64,000 bases of DNA from Chrysomallon squamiferum (taxonomy: Eukaryota > Animalia > Mollusca), in contig CM022676.1 in the NCBI GenBank assembly GCA_012295275.1, positions 8,990,001-9,054,000 of the forward strand, written 5' to 3'. Positions 15,017 to 41,348 of this stretch are shown in pieces (the stretch's first letter is position 1; every line of letters begins with the position of its first letter). The notes below the pieces were generated by a model that was not told the origin of the DNA, searched no databases, and was given only the letters and a program-made list of their open reading frames with translations. The position numbers and the translations under genes are program-made.

Positions 15017-15391
15017 TGTCTTTATATAGATAACGACGCTGTTATCGAGTGTGTGCTGTTTAATGAACGTTAACGTAAAACGAAGGGAATTTAGATCTCG
15101 CGAAAGAAATAACGTTATCTCCGTGACACATTTCCCACGAATTCTGTTTGTGAGAACTAACAGATTATATTAACCTCCTTTCTTACCTTCGCGTTTTCGT
15201 AACCCAAAAACGAAGCCTATAAAATTCATGACGTCAAAGCAGTGTTGACGTCACAGAGTCATTTTTTTGTTTTGGTTACGGAATCCGTACCAAAAAGGAG
15301 GCATTTAATGTTCATTTTTGCCTTTCTTCTCGTTGATGTTGATGTTGTTGTCGCTGTTGCTGTTAATGTAACTTTTGTTATTATTATTATA

Positions 15392-15435
<44 letters not shown>

Positions 15436-15466
15436 ACAGATTACAAACAACAACGCCTATCTTAGT

Positions 15467-20977
<5,511 letters not shown>

Positions 20978-21084
20978 TACAAAAAACCGAATTGCATTTT
21001 TGAAATTTACATTTATAAATTTATGTACAAATATTTAATAATAGCTTGTTATGTATTATGTAATATGCATTATTATTATTATTA

Positions 21085-21155
<71 letters not shown>

Positions 21156-21693
21156 AAAGTGTCCAAAAACAAATTTAATATAATGGAGCTGTATTTGATC
21201 TTTTATTCAGGGTTTGTTTGATGTTTTTTTTTTTTTAATAAAATATATATATATATATACATACTGTGTATTGATTTTAACATGTATGTATGTATGTATG
21301 TGTGTGTGTGTATCTGTGTTTGTGTGTGTGTGTGTATGTACGTATGTATTATCTATGTATGGATTGGTGGATTTCTCTATGTGTGTATGTATGTAAAAAA
21401 AAAAAACAACATTTTAATAAAAGTTAGTATGTACCTACGGTACCTAGAATAAATGGTAATATATATATTCCTATACTGTCAAAACGACTGTTAATTTTGT
21501 TCGGAAGCTATCAATTTGAATTAACAAAATAATGTAAAAATAAATGAACACGCTTGATATATGTCTTTTCATCAATTCTGGTAATAAAAATAGGTTTGGA
21601 TAATACGTATGTGTGCGTTAATTGTGAGTAAGACAAATGTGTGACGTCAGACAATGAATAAATCAATTACATTGAAGTTTTCGTAGTATTAGG

Positions 21694-21773
<80 letters not shown>

Positions 21774-22219
21774 AAAATGACTGAATCCCATTTAAAGGAA
21801 ATAGACGTGGCTCAGTAGACTCCGTGATTCCCTCATTAACAGCTCAGTCTTTATAATGAACTGCTCCAGATTAACTGGAAACCGATTGTTATCGACCTTG
21901 AATTCTTTAAAGAAGAAAATCTTTACTGTAAGATAAGATAATTATTATAATAATTTATGGCATATAAGATAATTTTTATTTATATTTAAATTTTAAATTT
22001 TAAATTTTTTTTTTTTTTTTTTTTTATTTATTTATTTATTTATTTTTTTTATTTTTTTTTTTTTTTTTTTTTTTTATTTTTTTTTTTTGCTTCACAGAAT
22101 GAAGAAGGATGAAGACTAACACTGAAAAAAACAGATAATAATAAAAAAAAATTATCAAAAGATAACAATAAATTTAAAAAGAAAACGCTAATTGGAATAA
22201 AAGATGGTACTGATATATA

Positions 22220-22253
<34 letters not shown>

Positions 22254-23632
22254 GTCCTGATTTTCTAAAAGAAAGAGAGCATCATACAAAAACGAAAACA
22301 TTTTTCAATATTTTAAAAGTCTTTTATTTATTTAGATCACTGCAGATTCAAAAGGTGACCAATTTCGTCCAGCTTATTAACTATATAGATAATAAGGTAA
22401 GTGTTTACATAACAGAGAAATACTTAGGTCACGACCGATTGGGTTAAATCTTACAAATAAATTGTTTGGAAAAGCATAATCGAATAATGATCTTGATCTT
22501 CATAATTGTTATCACTGATGTCAAAACAATAATAGTATTAATAATAACAATAATAATACAAATTCCAAATATTATATTCCTACTATTACTACTACTTTAT
22601 TGCTACTGCTATTAATAATAATAATAATACAAATTCCAATTATTATATTACTACTGATATTAATACTACTAATGATACTGATACTACTGCTACTATTACT
22701 ACTACTACTACTACTACTTTATTGCTACTGCTATTAATAATAAAATAATAATAATAATAATAATAATATATGAAGAAAAAAAAACGATATAAAAGTGGAA
22801 CAAAAAACAATGATTACAGAAATTCGGGTTTGTCTTAAATACACATCATCCAGTTGCTAAATAACAGTTTAGTATTTTTAAATATAGTATCCATGACAAC
22901 GTAAATGATTAAATTTAAGCATTTAACACTCCTACGTGATAACATACATAAACATTTCATTTCTTCATACATTATGGATAAAATTGCTTCTATTTGTATC
23001 CGTTGCCATGAAAAAATTTGGCAAAAAAAAAAAAAAAAAAAAAAAATCATAAGGCATTAATGCCAAATTAAAAAGTAGTATTTAGTGTTGATAAAGCTGC
23101 TATTGTTGCGGTCGCTGTTGTAAAAAAAAAAAAAAAAAAAAAAAAATGATACGAACTGATAACAGTATCAGGCATTTTAGAATATTTAGTTCTAATGCCG
23201 TTGTTGTTATTGTCGTCGTTGTTGTCGTCGTCGTTGTTGTCGTCGTTGTTAAATACTTTTGCCTAAATATAAAACAACACGATATGTTCAGACATTTTTC
23301 TGTGATCAGAAAACAATAGGTAAGACCTAGAATTGTCCTGGTTGATGATGTGGTCGTCGTTGTTGTTGTTTATTTTAAAGAGACGTCAGCTGCTAATTTC
23401 AGACATTGAAACGACAGGATTTATTATTAATAAAGTCCAGACGATATAATGACAAATTTATTAATTTTCACAAACATTCATGCAAAATGTATTTTTTTAT
23501 TATTCTGGTTTGTTCTTATCATCATCATCATCATCATCGTCATTGTTATCGATCTACTTGTTGTTGTTGTTGTTGTTGTTGTTGTTGCCATCGTTGTTAT
23601 CTAGGAAACAGCGTAGTTGCTGTTATCACAAA

Positions 23633-27389
<3,757 letters not shown>

Positions 27390-27629
27390 TTTTCGGCTGG
27401 TAAAAAAAAAAATTTGCAACCGTATAAAATTACAATCCCAGCTACTGAACCAATTATGTCCGTGTAGTGACAGTAACTGAAATACTTTTATAGTTTGTCT
27501 GTTTCTCTTGTTGTAATGGTTGTAAAGTTTTTTGTATATTATTTCAGATTTATTTTTAGATACGTCTGAACGACATTAGTCACGAAATACGCTAAATGAC
27601 TGAGGCATCCTGTAATGTTTAGAAGGAGG

Positions 27630-27916
<287 letters not shown>

Positions 27917-28039
27917 TAATATATGTTTAATAACATCAGTAGTTATATATATATATATATATATAATTATATTGTAATACAAAACATTTATCAATATATA
28001 TACTTATTTTCACCTATTTTACTATTTTATACAAATAAT

Positions 28040-28830
28040 AAATATTATTAAATAAATATAAATAAATTAAAATAAACGACACGACTTTATTTTCACCCAT
28101 TTCGTACAAGCCACTGTAACATTAATAACATTTCAATCACATTTTGACATTTCTAAATACAAAAAAAAAAAAAAAAAGAAAAAAAAAAACATTTTTAAAA
28201 TAATAAAATATAGTTCAGCCATGTTAAATATCTAAAATACGTTATAACAATTATCTAAAATATATATTATATACTTTTTGGGTTTTTTTCTGCAAATAAT
28301 ATGAACCAAACTACCAACAGTGGACGTGTTTTCGATGGTTCGTTGTCTGTCGAATCGACTTTACAAGCTGTTATTTAACTGTTCTTCATTTTGCTGTCAC
28401 TTAACTGACGTATCTTCACTGGTGTTTAATAACTTTGCTTGTAAACGGATGCCTTTTTTATTTTCTGTATTTAAAATTCTCTGTATATTTTTTTTTTTTT
28501 TTTTTTTTATGAGTGCGTATAGTTCATGCAAAAATATCGCGTGAAATTACATATGAAAGGTTTCAGCAAAGATGTTGTTTTTTTTTTTTTTTTTCATAAA
28601 GGATTTCGTAATAACCAAACAAAAAATTAAAAAAAAATAAAAGATAGAAAGAAATCCCAGCTGAAATGAAGTACAGTCAGTGTGACACAGGATATTTTGA
28701 CACTGTACTTGAATATGTAAATATACAAATAAAAATTATTTAAAATATAATAAATAAGTAACTAAATAAATAAAAAGAAAGGTAACTCTGATTAAATAAA
28801 AAAAATACAACAGTGTTTATTTAAATTATT
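28040..28830 (+). repeat. First copy of a diverged local segmental duplication (second copy about 29270-30905)
   Basis: Colinear shared blocks: gactttattttcacccatttcgtacaagcca (28083/29303), atgttaaatat..aaatacgttat..caattatctaaaatatata (28221/29503), agttcatgcaaaa (28521/30542), gaaatcccag.tgaa.tgaagt (28651/30670). Confidence 0.8.
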
Positions 28831-28959
28831 CAATAGCACTAAGTGGAATGGGAAATATCCTAAATTGGCAGAATGATCATAATTCTTACGTATGTATGTA
28901 TGTATTTCAGGATTTCAAAATTCTCTGTTGTATGTACCTCTGATTAGACTCTGCACTTA

Positions 28960-29106
28960 GACAATATTCGGGAACGCACTGGCGCAGGAGGACAAAGTCC
29001 AATCACGACCTCACAAACCCGTCAGATGTCGCTGACGAGACTCGAACGTATGACACCCATTCGCTGACACCCAAAAGGCGGATTATGTTACCATTCGGCC
29101 ATCAAG
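28960..29106 (-). mobile_element. Putative tRNA-derived SINE head
   Basis: Minus strand has a Pol III A-box TGGCCGAATGG (29101-29091) and B-box GTTCGAGTC (29047-29039), GC-richer than the flanks. No complete cloverleaf seen; 3' boundary uncertain. Confidence 0.55.
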
Positions 29107-30079
29107 ATAACCTTTAAAAAAAGGTTGTTTAATAAAACCGAGGGTAATCGTCGCTTCCCATGAAGCACGCCGTTCTTTGTCTTTCGTAAATTTTTTTTCG
29201 TGCACCTGTTTTTTTTTTGGGAAGCCTGGTTCTGGCAAGTACATTTTTATACAAATCATAGATACTACTAAATAAACATAAATAAATTAAAATATACGGC
29301 AGGACTTTATTTTCACCCATTTCGTACAAGCCATCGTATTTTTAATAACACAAAGGACACACCCAAACAACTCTTTTAGCTGAACTGAAACTAAAACATT
29401 TGATATAAAAGGAAAAAAAACAAAAACATGATTACATCTCTAAACTTAAAAAAAAATAATAATAATAATAAAATAAAATATAAACAATAAAATACACTTC
29501 AGCATGTTAAATATATAAAATACGTTATGACAATTATCTAAAATATATATCATAAACTTACGGGGTTTTTTTCTGCAAATGATATGAACCAAACTATCAA
29601 CGGTCGACCTCTTTTCGATGGTACGTTGATTATCGACTACACAAAAGCACAGCTGAAGGAAAGAAGAGAAAGACGTATGAAAGATGACGGTAACAAAATA
29701 TATACCCGGCGTATACGACAACTACGTGTATGTAACAGGCACTGACAGCGGGGGGGTGTATTTCAAAAACACCGATGACGACATCTTGCAGAAAACGCAG
29801 CTGATAAAGTCAGACATTACGCAGAGCAAACCCTAGTAGGTGACAGTTTAATTGTTCTCTTCTTTGTTTCATGTTGTACCTGTTTTCACGATCTAATGTG
29901 CAATTTAAATACCCTATATAATCTGTTTCGCTTTGCTCTCCTGCGTCAAAAGTTAAAAATTTAACAGATCTAATTTAACCAGCCTTTCCATACCATTTGA
30001 CCTGAATGTCCACATAAACTTCACAAACTACCTTCTTGCTGTTACGTAATTGTTCTACTTCTATTGCAGTTGTTGTCTA

Positions 30080-30428
30080 CATTTAAATAATTTAACTGTT
30101 CTACATTTACTGTAATTTAACTGTTCTACATTTGCTGTTATATTAAATGCTCTGCATTTACTGTAATTTAACTGTTCTACATTTACTGTAATTTAACTGT
30201 TCTACATTTACTGTAATTTAATATTTTTACATTTACTGTTATATTAAATGCTCTGCATTTACTGTAATTTAACTGTTCTATATTTACTGTTATTTAACTG
30301 TTCTGCATTTACTGTAATTTAACTGTTCTACATTTACTGTTATTTAACTGTTCTGCATTTACTGTAATTTAATTGTTCTACATTTACTGTTATTTAACTG
30401 TTCTGCATTTACTGTAATTTAACTGTTG
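30080..30428. repeat. 25-bp minisatellite (CATTTACTGTAATTTAACTGTTCTA), about 14 copies
   Basis: Visible tandem units with point variants. Confidence 0.92.
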
Positions 30429-30766
30429 CCCATGCAACGAGTCTTTTATCTTGTCTGCATTTCAAGTTCACCTTTGTCGAAAAAATTATATATATATACA
30501 TATATATAACTTTTTATACATACCCGACATTAGTTTGCACCAGTTCATGCAAAACTGCGACGTAAAATTGCATGTGAAAGGTTTCTGCAGAGTTGTTCTT
30601 TTCATAAACAGTTTCGTAGTTCGAAAAAAATATATAAAAAGTAAAGAAAAGAAAAGAAAAGAAAAAACGAAATCCCAGTTGAAGTGAAGTAGTCAGTGTG
30701 ACATGGGTTAACTTAACATTGTACTTTACTTCGTAAATATATATAAATAAATAATTTAAAAGATAA

Positions 30767-30801
<35 letters not shown>

Positions 30802-30964
30802 ATATATATATAAATAAACAAATAAATAAATAAATAAATAAATAAATAAACAAATAAATGAATGAATGAAAACGAAGTCTGATAAAATACAATGTTTATT
30901 TAAATGCTACACAATATATATATATATGTATATATGTATGTATGTATGTATGTATATATATATG

Positions 30965-30996
<32 letters not shown>

Positions 30997-30998
30997 TA

Positions 30999-31050
<52 letters not shown>

Positions 31051-31414
31051 TATATATATATATATATAATATAATAATAGTAACAACAACGATGACAAAC
31101 AACGACAGCAAAAACAACAATAATAACAACAACTACAACAATAGGTGCATTCTGGCTATTAATATAAGATAGGTATTTATAATACTGATCTTGACACAAC
31201 TGTATCATCAAAATTAAATTCTACTAAATATAAAATCAGATTAATTGAACTGATGGGAAAGCTAAATTACTATTCGTTCATTCACAAATCATCCTTTTCC
31301 GTTTTATTTATGGATTAAAATTTTAATTAATCCTTGCATAACATAATATAATATGGCTTACGAAAAAAAAATTAATGGATACAAAACATTTAGACTATAA
31401 AGAAAATTTAGACT

Positions 31415-31450
<36 letters not shown>

Positions 31451-31521
31451 TGTGTGAGACCAAAGTAAAATAAAATGAATATTAATGACGACTGTCGTCA
31501 TGGAAACACAATGGTTACTAT

Positions 31522-35737
<4,216 letters not shown>

Positions 35738-35789
35738 TTTTCGAACTGTGACATAATAACAGTATAATTAAAATCAAACAATTTGCTAC

Positions 35790-36700
35790 AGTAGTAGAAA
35801 TAACAGCAGCAACAGCATTAGTACATTAGTAGTAACAGTACTAGCATTAATAATAGTAATAGGAATAATAGCAGTAGTAATAGCAGTTGTTGTAGTAGTA
35901 GTAGTAATAGCAGTAGAATAGTAGTAGTATAGTAGTAGTAGTAATAGCAGTTGTAGTAGTAGTAGTAGTAATAGCAGTAGTATAGTAGTAGTATAGTAGT
36001 AGTAGTAATAGCAGTTGTAGTAGTAGTAGTAGTAATAGCAGTAGTATAGTAGTAGTATAGTAGTAGTAGTAATAGCAGTTGTAGTAGTAGTAGTAGTAAT
36101 AGCAGTAGCAATAGCAGTAGTAGTAATAGTAATAGTAGTAGTAATAGTAGTAGTTGTTGTTGTTGTTGTTGTTGTTGTAGCAGTAGTACAGTAGTAGTAG
36201 CAGTAGTAGTAGGAATAACAGTAGCAGTTGTAGTAGTAGTAGTAGCAGTAGTAGTAGGAATAACAGTAGTAGTAGTAGTAATAGTAGTAGTAGTAGTAGT
36301 AGTAGTTGTTGTTGTAGTAGTAGTAATAGTAGTAGTAATAGTAGTTGTTGTTGTAGTAGTTGTTGTTGTTGTAGCAGTAGTACAGTAGTAGTAGCAGTAG
36401 TAGTAGTAGTAGGAATAATAGTAGCAGTTGTAGTAGTAGTAGTAGCAGTAGCAGTAGTAGTAGTAGTAATAGTAGCAGTTGTAGTAGTAGTAGTAGTAGT
36501 AGTAGTAGTAATAGTAGTAGTAGTAGTAGTAATAGTAGTAGTAATAGTAGTTGTTGTTGTTGTAGTAGTAGTTGTTGTTGTTGTAGCAGTAGTACAGTAG
36601 TAGTAGTAGCAGCAGTAGTACAGTAGTACAGTAGTTGTAGTAGCAGTAGTACAGTAGTACAGTAGTAGTAGTAGTTGTAGTAGTAGTAGTAGTTGTAGTA
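35790..36700. repeat. (GTA)n compound repeat in the FMO-B 5'UTR intron (homologous tract 51400-51690 in FMO-D)
   Basis: Visible; both tracts have the same unique flanks. Confidence 0.9.
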
Positions 36701-36721
36701 GAAATAGTTGTCTGTACTTAC

Positions 36722-37075
36722 CTTACTATTTTACAGAACTGCGCGTGCTTTGTAAATCAAGAAAAAAAACTTAGGTTCTCTGTTATTTAAAATAAATGCT
36801 CTTATGAGCAGTTTAGATTACACGAACTGGCTGCACAAGATTCCTGTCAGAACGTCGTTTCATTTTACACCCTCAGATTAAGAAACGACGTCTCTTTATC
36901 CTTGAATCGTTAAAAAAAATCTCAACACCAACAAAAATTTAAAAAAAAAAAAAAATCAAATTCTGTTTATACCGTGATTCATAAAATATCTGAAAACCAC
37001 ATACGGCGAAATGCATAAAATAACAGTTCTGTTGGGTGTGTCAATTTAAAGAGATGCTTGTCATGTAAATATAAT
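36722..37075 (-). promoter_or_regulatory. Putative non-coding first exon/promoter of FMO-B, shared with FMO-D (51708-52045)
   Basis: GTAAGTA donors at 36721 and 51707; acceptors CAG at 35748-35746 and 51357-51355 just before the ATG; long near-identical non-coding blocks in both genes. Confidence 0.6.
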
Positions 37076-37198
37076 ATTATAATAAGAAAAAAAAAAGACT
37101 GTAATGTACAGGATAATAACCTGTACATTTGCATTTCAATCCATCTTTGAACACTGACTGCAGAGACAGAAATATTTACATGGAAGAAATGGAAGGTT

Positions 37199-37352
37199 TC
37201 CACACGAAATGGTTTACAGTGGTCTCAAATCAGGTTCAGATTTAACTAGGTAAAGATAATGGGCGGATTATGGGAGGGGGGGGTCTCTAGGTTTACGGTC
37301 TGCCCCCAACCCCCAAAAATAGTACTCACACAGCAAGATGTGACGTCATCTC
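37199..37352 (+). repeat. ~155-bp dispersed repeat; inverted copy at 44174-44344
   Basis: tccacacgaaatgg...tggtctc.atcaggttcagatttaact.ggtaaagataa.gggcggattatgggagg...aggtttacggtctg...tactcacacagcaagatgtgacgtcatctc matches the reverse complement of 44174-44344. Confidence 0.85.
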
Positions 37353-38082
37353 GTACAGAGAAATTGTAAAGAAATCTTTGATACTAATATAACGATTTTG
37401 TGATAAACCAGTTTGTTTGTTTCTTTCTTTCTTTCTATGATTATAATTGTATCTATTTGATATATAACATCTGTTTGATAATAAGAATCATCAAAACGTA
37501 CGTGACTATTTGCACGAAAAGAAATGTTTCTTAACCTCGTTAACGGACATATATTCAAATTCTAAAAGACGAATACAAATAAATAAAATAAATAACATGA
37601 AACAAGAAAATTGTCTTCAATAGTAACTTTCTTGTTTATAAAAGTAAAAAAATATGTGTATTATTTACACTTTAATTTGCCCTTGTGACATTTATCATTA
37701 CATTTACGAAGAAAATATTTTTGAAAAATTTCAAAGAACTGAAAAAAAAAAAAAAAAAATAATAATTACATATTACGTAATGATTCCGTAATATTTACGT
37801 TATTTCATAACGAAAAATATATTAAAAAAACTAACACGAAATTGCTAACTTTACATGTTTTTTTTTAAATACTTACGAGACAGCTGTTATCAGCTATTTA
37901 GTGTCACTGACTCTCTGTACATGACCTTCTTAATTTTTGCTTAGTGTAGAATAACAAAATTAAGGGAAGAACAAGGGGTGGGTAAAAGACGGATGTTCTG
38001 AATAATAATCCGTTTTTGTTTGGTTTTGTTTTTCGTAGATATATGTAGAAAAAAGGTTTATATATCTATAGGCTTTGTCGAG

Positions 38083-38142
<60 letters not shown>

Positions 38143-38401
38143 ACTGGTTATTCGACATCAACTGTATCCTGCGAGAACAAAGGTTTTGTCTGATCTCATT
38201 CGACTCTAACCATTTATTTTTTTATTTCATCTTGCTTTCGTAAGTAATATAAAAATTACATGAAATTATGTTTCTTATTTGTTATCTCACCGTTCTCAAG
38301 AGTATATACATATTTATATATATCTGTCTGTCTGTGTGTGTGTCTGTGTCTGTCTGTGTGTGTGTGTGTCTGTGTGTTTTTCTGTGTGTGTGTCTGTGTG
38401 T

Positions 38402-38433
<32 letters not shown>

Positions 38434-38954
38434 CTGTCTCTGTGTGTGTCTGTGTGTCTGTCTGTGTGTGTGTGTGTCTGTGAGTGTATGTCTCTGTCTG
38501 TCTGTCTGTCTGTGTGTCTGTCTGTGTGCGTGTATGTGTGTGTATGTGTGTGTGTGTGTGTGTGATAGGGGGATATGCCTAAATGAAAATATACAAAGAG
38601 GATAAGTCATATATAACAGATATTTTCCTTTCCGTTTAGGGAAGAGCAGTAAATATATCTGGAGGAGAAACGCTTTGGTTGGTGTAAGAATTAAGTCAGG
38701 CTAGATTCCACCAGACACAAGCCCCAGTTAGCTCTCACTGCTACAAACAGATACATCACAGCCTGCTGGAATCTCTGCGTGATAAATTATGAAAATAAAA
38801 AAATTAGTGATGTCTGAAGCGCAACAGAAATTAGTCATGTGAGATAAAAACGTGTTAAGTTGGAGAAATGTACAGCAGAGAAAGTGAAAATGTAAATTAT
38901 AACGAAAGCTTGAATGGAAATTCTGATGGAAGTATGCGTTACCTTAATATATAA

Positions 38955-39002
<48 letters not shown>

Positions 39003-39612
39003 ATAAATATACATACATATACATACATAGAGACATATATATATATGTATATATATATACACACACAATCACACACACACATAGATAAATATACATACAT
39101 ACATACAAACATACATACATACATGCATATATATATATATATATATATTCAGTAGGGGTGTGTGTAAGTATATAAATATTTTAAAAGGAATTTTAATAAT
39201 AATAAGAAGAAGAAAAATAAAAAAAATTAAATAATGTCGAATGTCGAGTTATTTGTAATATATTAATCTTAACATGTTAATAATAGCATAGAAATAATTA
39301 GCGTTTGTATTTGACAAGTACAAAAAGTCCGCAAAGACTAAATCATATGATTACTATTAAAATAATTACTATATTAATTTACAATAAAACTATTACTAGC
39401 TGCATTCTAGAACAGAAACCAGCTGTTGTCAAGGAAACCTGACAGCGGGTTTCCTCTCTAATACTTTAGAATTTTAAAAACTTAGAGATCAAATTTATGT
39501 TATTTAAAACTAAATGCTTGTAGTAGGTTTAAGAAGGTGACTCATTTTAACAATAACATTTGATTTTCCATTCGGTTTTTTTTTTTCATTTATTTATTAC
39601 TATTCACGACAA

Positions 39613-39650
<38 letters not shown>

Positions 39651-39896
39651 TGATGATAATAACTTTTTATTTTATATTTTATTATCCGTTCATAAGCAAA
39701 ATAACAAACAACAACAATATGAAGAGAACGCTGAAATAATCAGATTGTTCATGTTGTTCTTGTAGTTGTTTTACACTATCCTTTAACTACTAATGACAGA
39801 GCGTTCTTATACATTTTCTGAAATTCGCGTGACACTGTCATTTTCGTTTTTCTTACGTCATCCCATCTTTTACGTTAGACGATATGACGTTTATTA

Positions 39897-40497
39897 TCAT
39901 ACCAAGCTATTTTTAAAAACGCCATGGCTTTGGATAAACGTATTTTCGTGTTGTATTTGTTGCCAAACAGAATAGAAGCCAAGGCCCAAAACCGCGATTA
40001 TTAAAATTTTGACATCAAGTGGTATCGCAGATACAGATTTCGTTTGCGGCACTTTACGGTGTTTGACGCCAGAAAACGTGTCTTCGTGGATGGTGCTGCA
40101 GTATTCGATGGCGTCGTCGTTGCTGTGAGGACCAACAAGTCGGTACTGTACTGGCGAGGAAGCCTCAAAAAGACATGACATGGCGATTTTAGGATGCCGC
40201 CATATTAGTTTCCAGAACGTAGGAGTAACCCCTATCTCATCGGCCAGTTCTTCGATGTACGGAAGGTAAGGAACCTTGAAAAAGAAAAAGAGATTCGTTA
40301 AATAAAATGAAATAAAATAAAAGTAAATTAAATAAATAAACTAACAGACAGAGAATGAAGCAATCAACAAACAAACAAACAAAATAACAAACAAACAAAC
40401 AAATAAATAAATAAATAAATAAATAAATACAAGATAAAGTCCATATGCCTAATCTTACTGTTACTTTTATTTTATTTTTGTTTTCTCTTTTTTCGTT

Positions 40498-40537
<40 letters not shown>

Positions 40538-40612
40538 GATATATCTGATACAAAAACAATAGTAATCAACAACAGAGGGGAAATAAATATCAAAAATGAA
40601 ATAAAAAATATA

Positions 40613-40650
<38 letters not shown>

Positions 40651-40996
40651 CAACAACAACAATAATTTAAAAAAATATATATTCATACTCGAAGTTTACA
40701 ATAAGAAAACTTTTCTTTGAAGTACGCATTCCAGCGATCGATATCCTCACGCATGACGTCATCGGGCGGAAGTGACTTCTTCCCGGAGAGAACCCTGGCG
40801 GCGAACCTCGTCTGCATTTCAAAAACTGGGGGGTTGGGTCCCTCGGCAATCACCATGCCAATCATTGCCAACGTGCGATGACGTAGGTGAATTGGAAACA
40901 CCAGCTTATACCACTCAGTTTTGTTCTCACCTGAAAATAGTAGCTTTTGTTGCAGTTGTTATTACGATAACAACAGAGTTTGTTACAATGACTGTT

Positions 40997-41038
<42 letters not shown>

Positions 41039-41293
41039 ACGGTAGTAATGGTTGTTGTACTATAAGTAGAAGCAGCAACATTGTTGTAGTTGTAATAGTT
41101 CTTAAGTGATAAGTAATAATCATCAATGTATTTATAGTAGTAGTAGAAATAAAAGTAGTAGTAATAGCAGAAGCAGTACTAGTAATAGTAGTAATAGTAG
41201 CAGTATTAGTAATAATAATAATAGTAATAGAATTAGTAGTAGAAGTGTTAATAGTAATAATAGTAAAAGTTATGTAATAAACGTTGTAGTAAC

Positions 41294-41348
<55 letters not shown>

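Noticed and set aside
30080-30428. CRISPR-like array (also considered for 42332-44170 and 54682-54792)
   Set aside because: Head-to-tail repeats without unique spacers, no cas genes, eukaryotic context.
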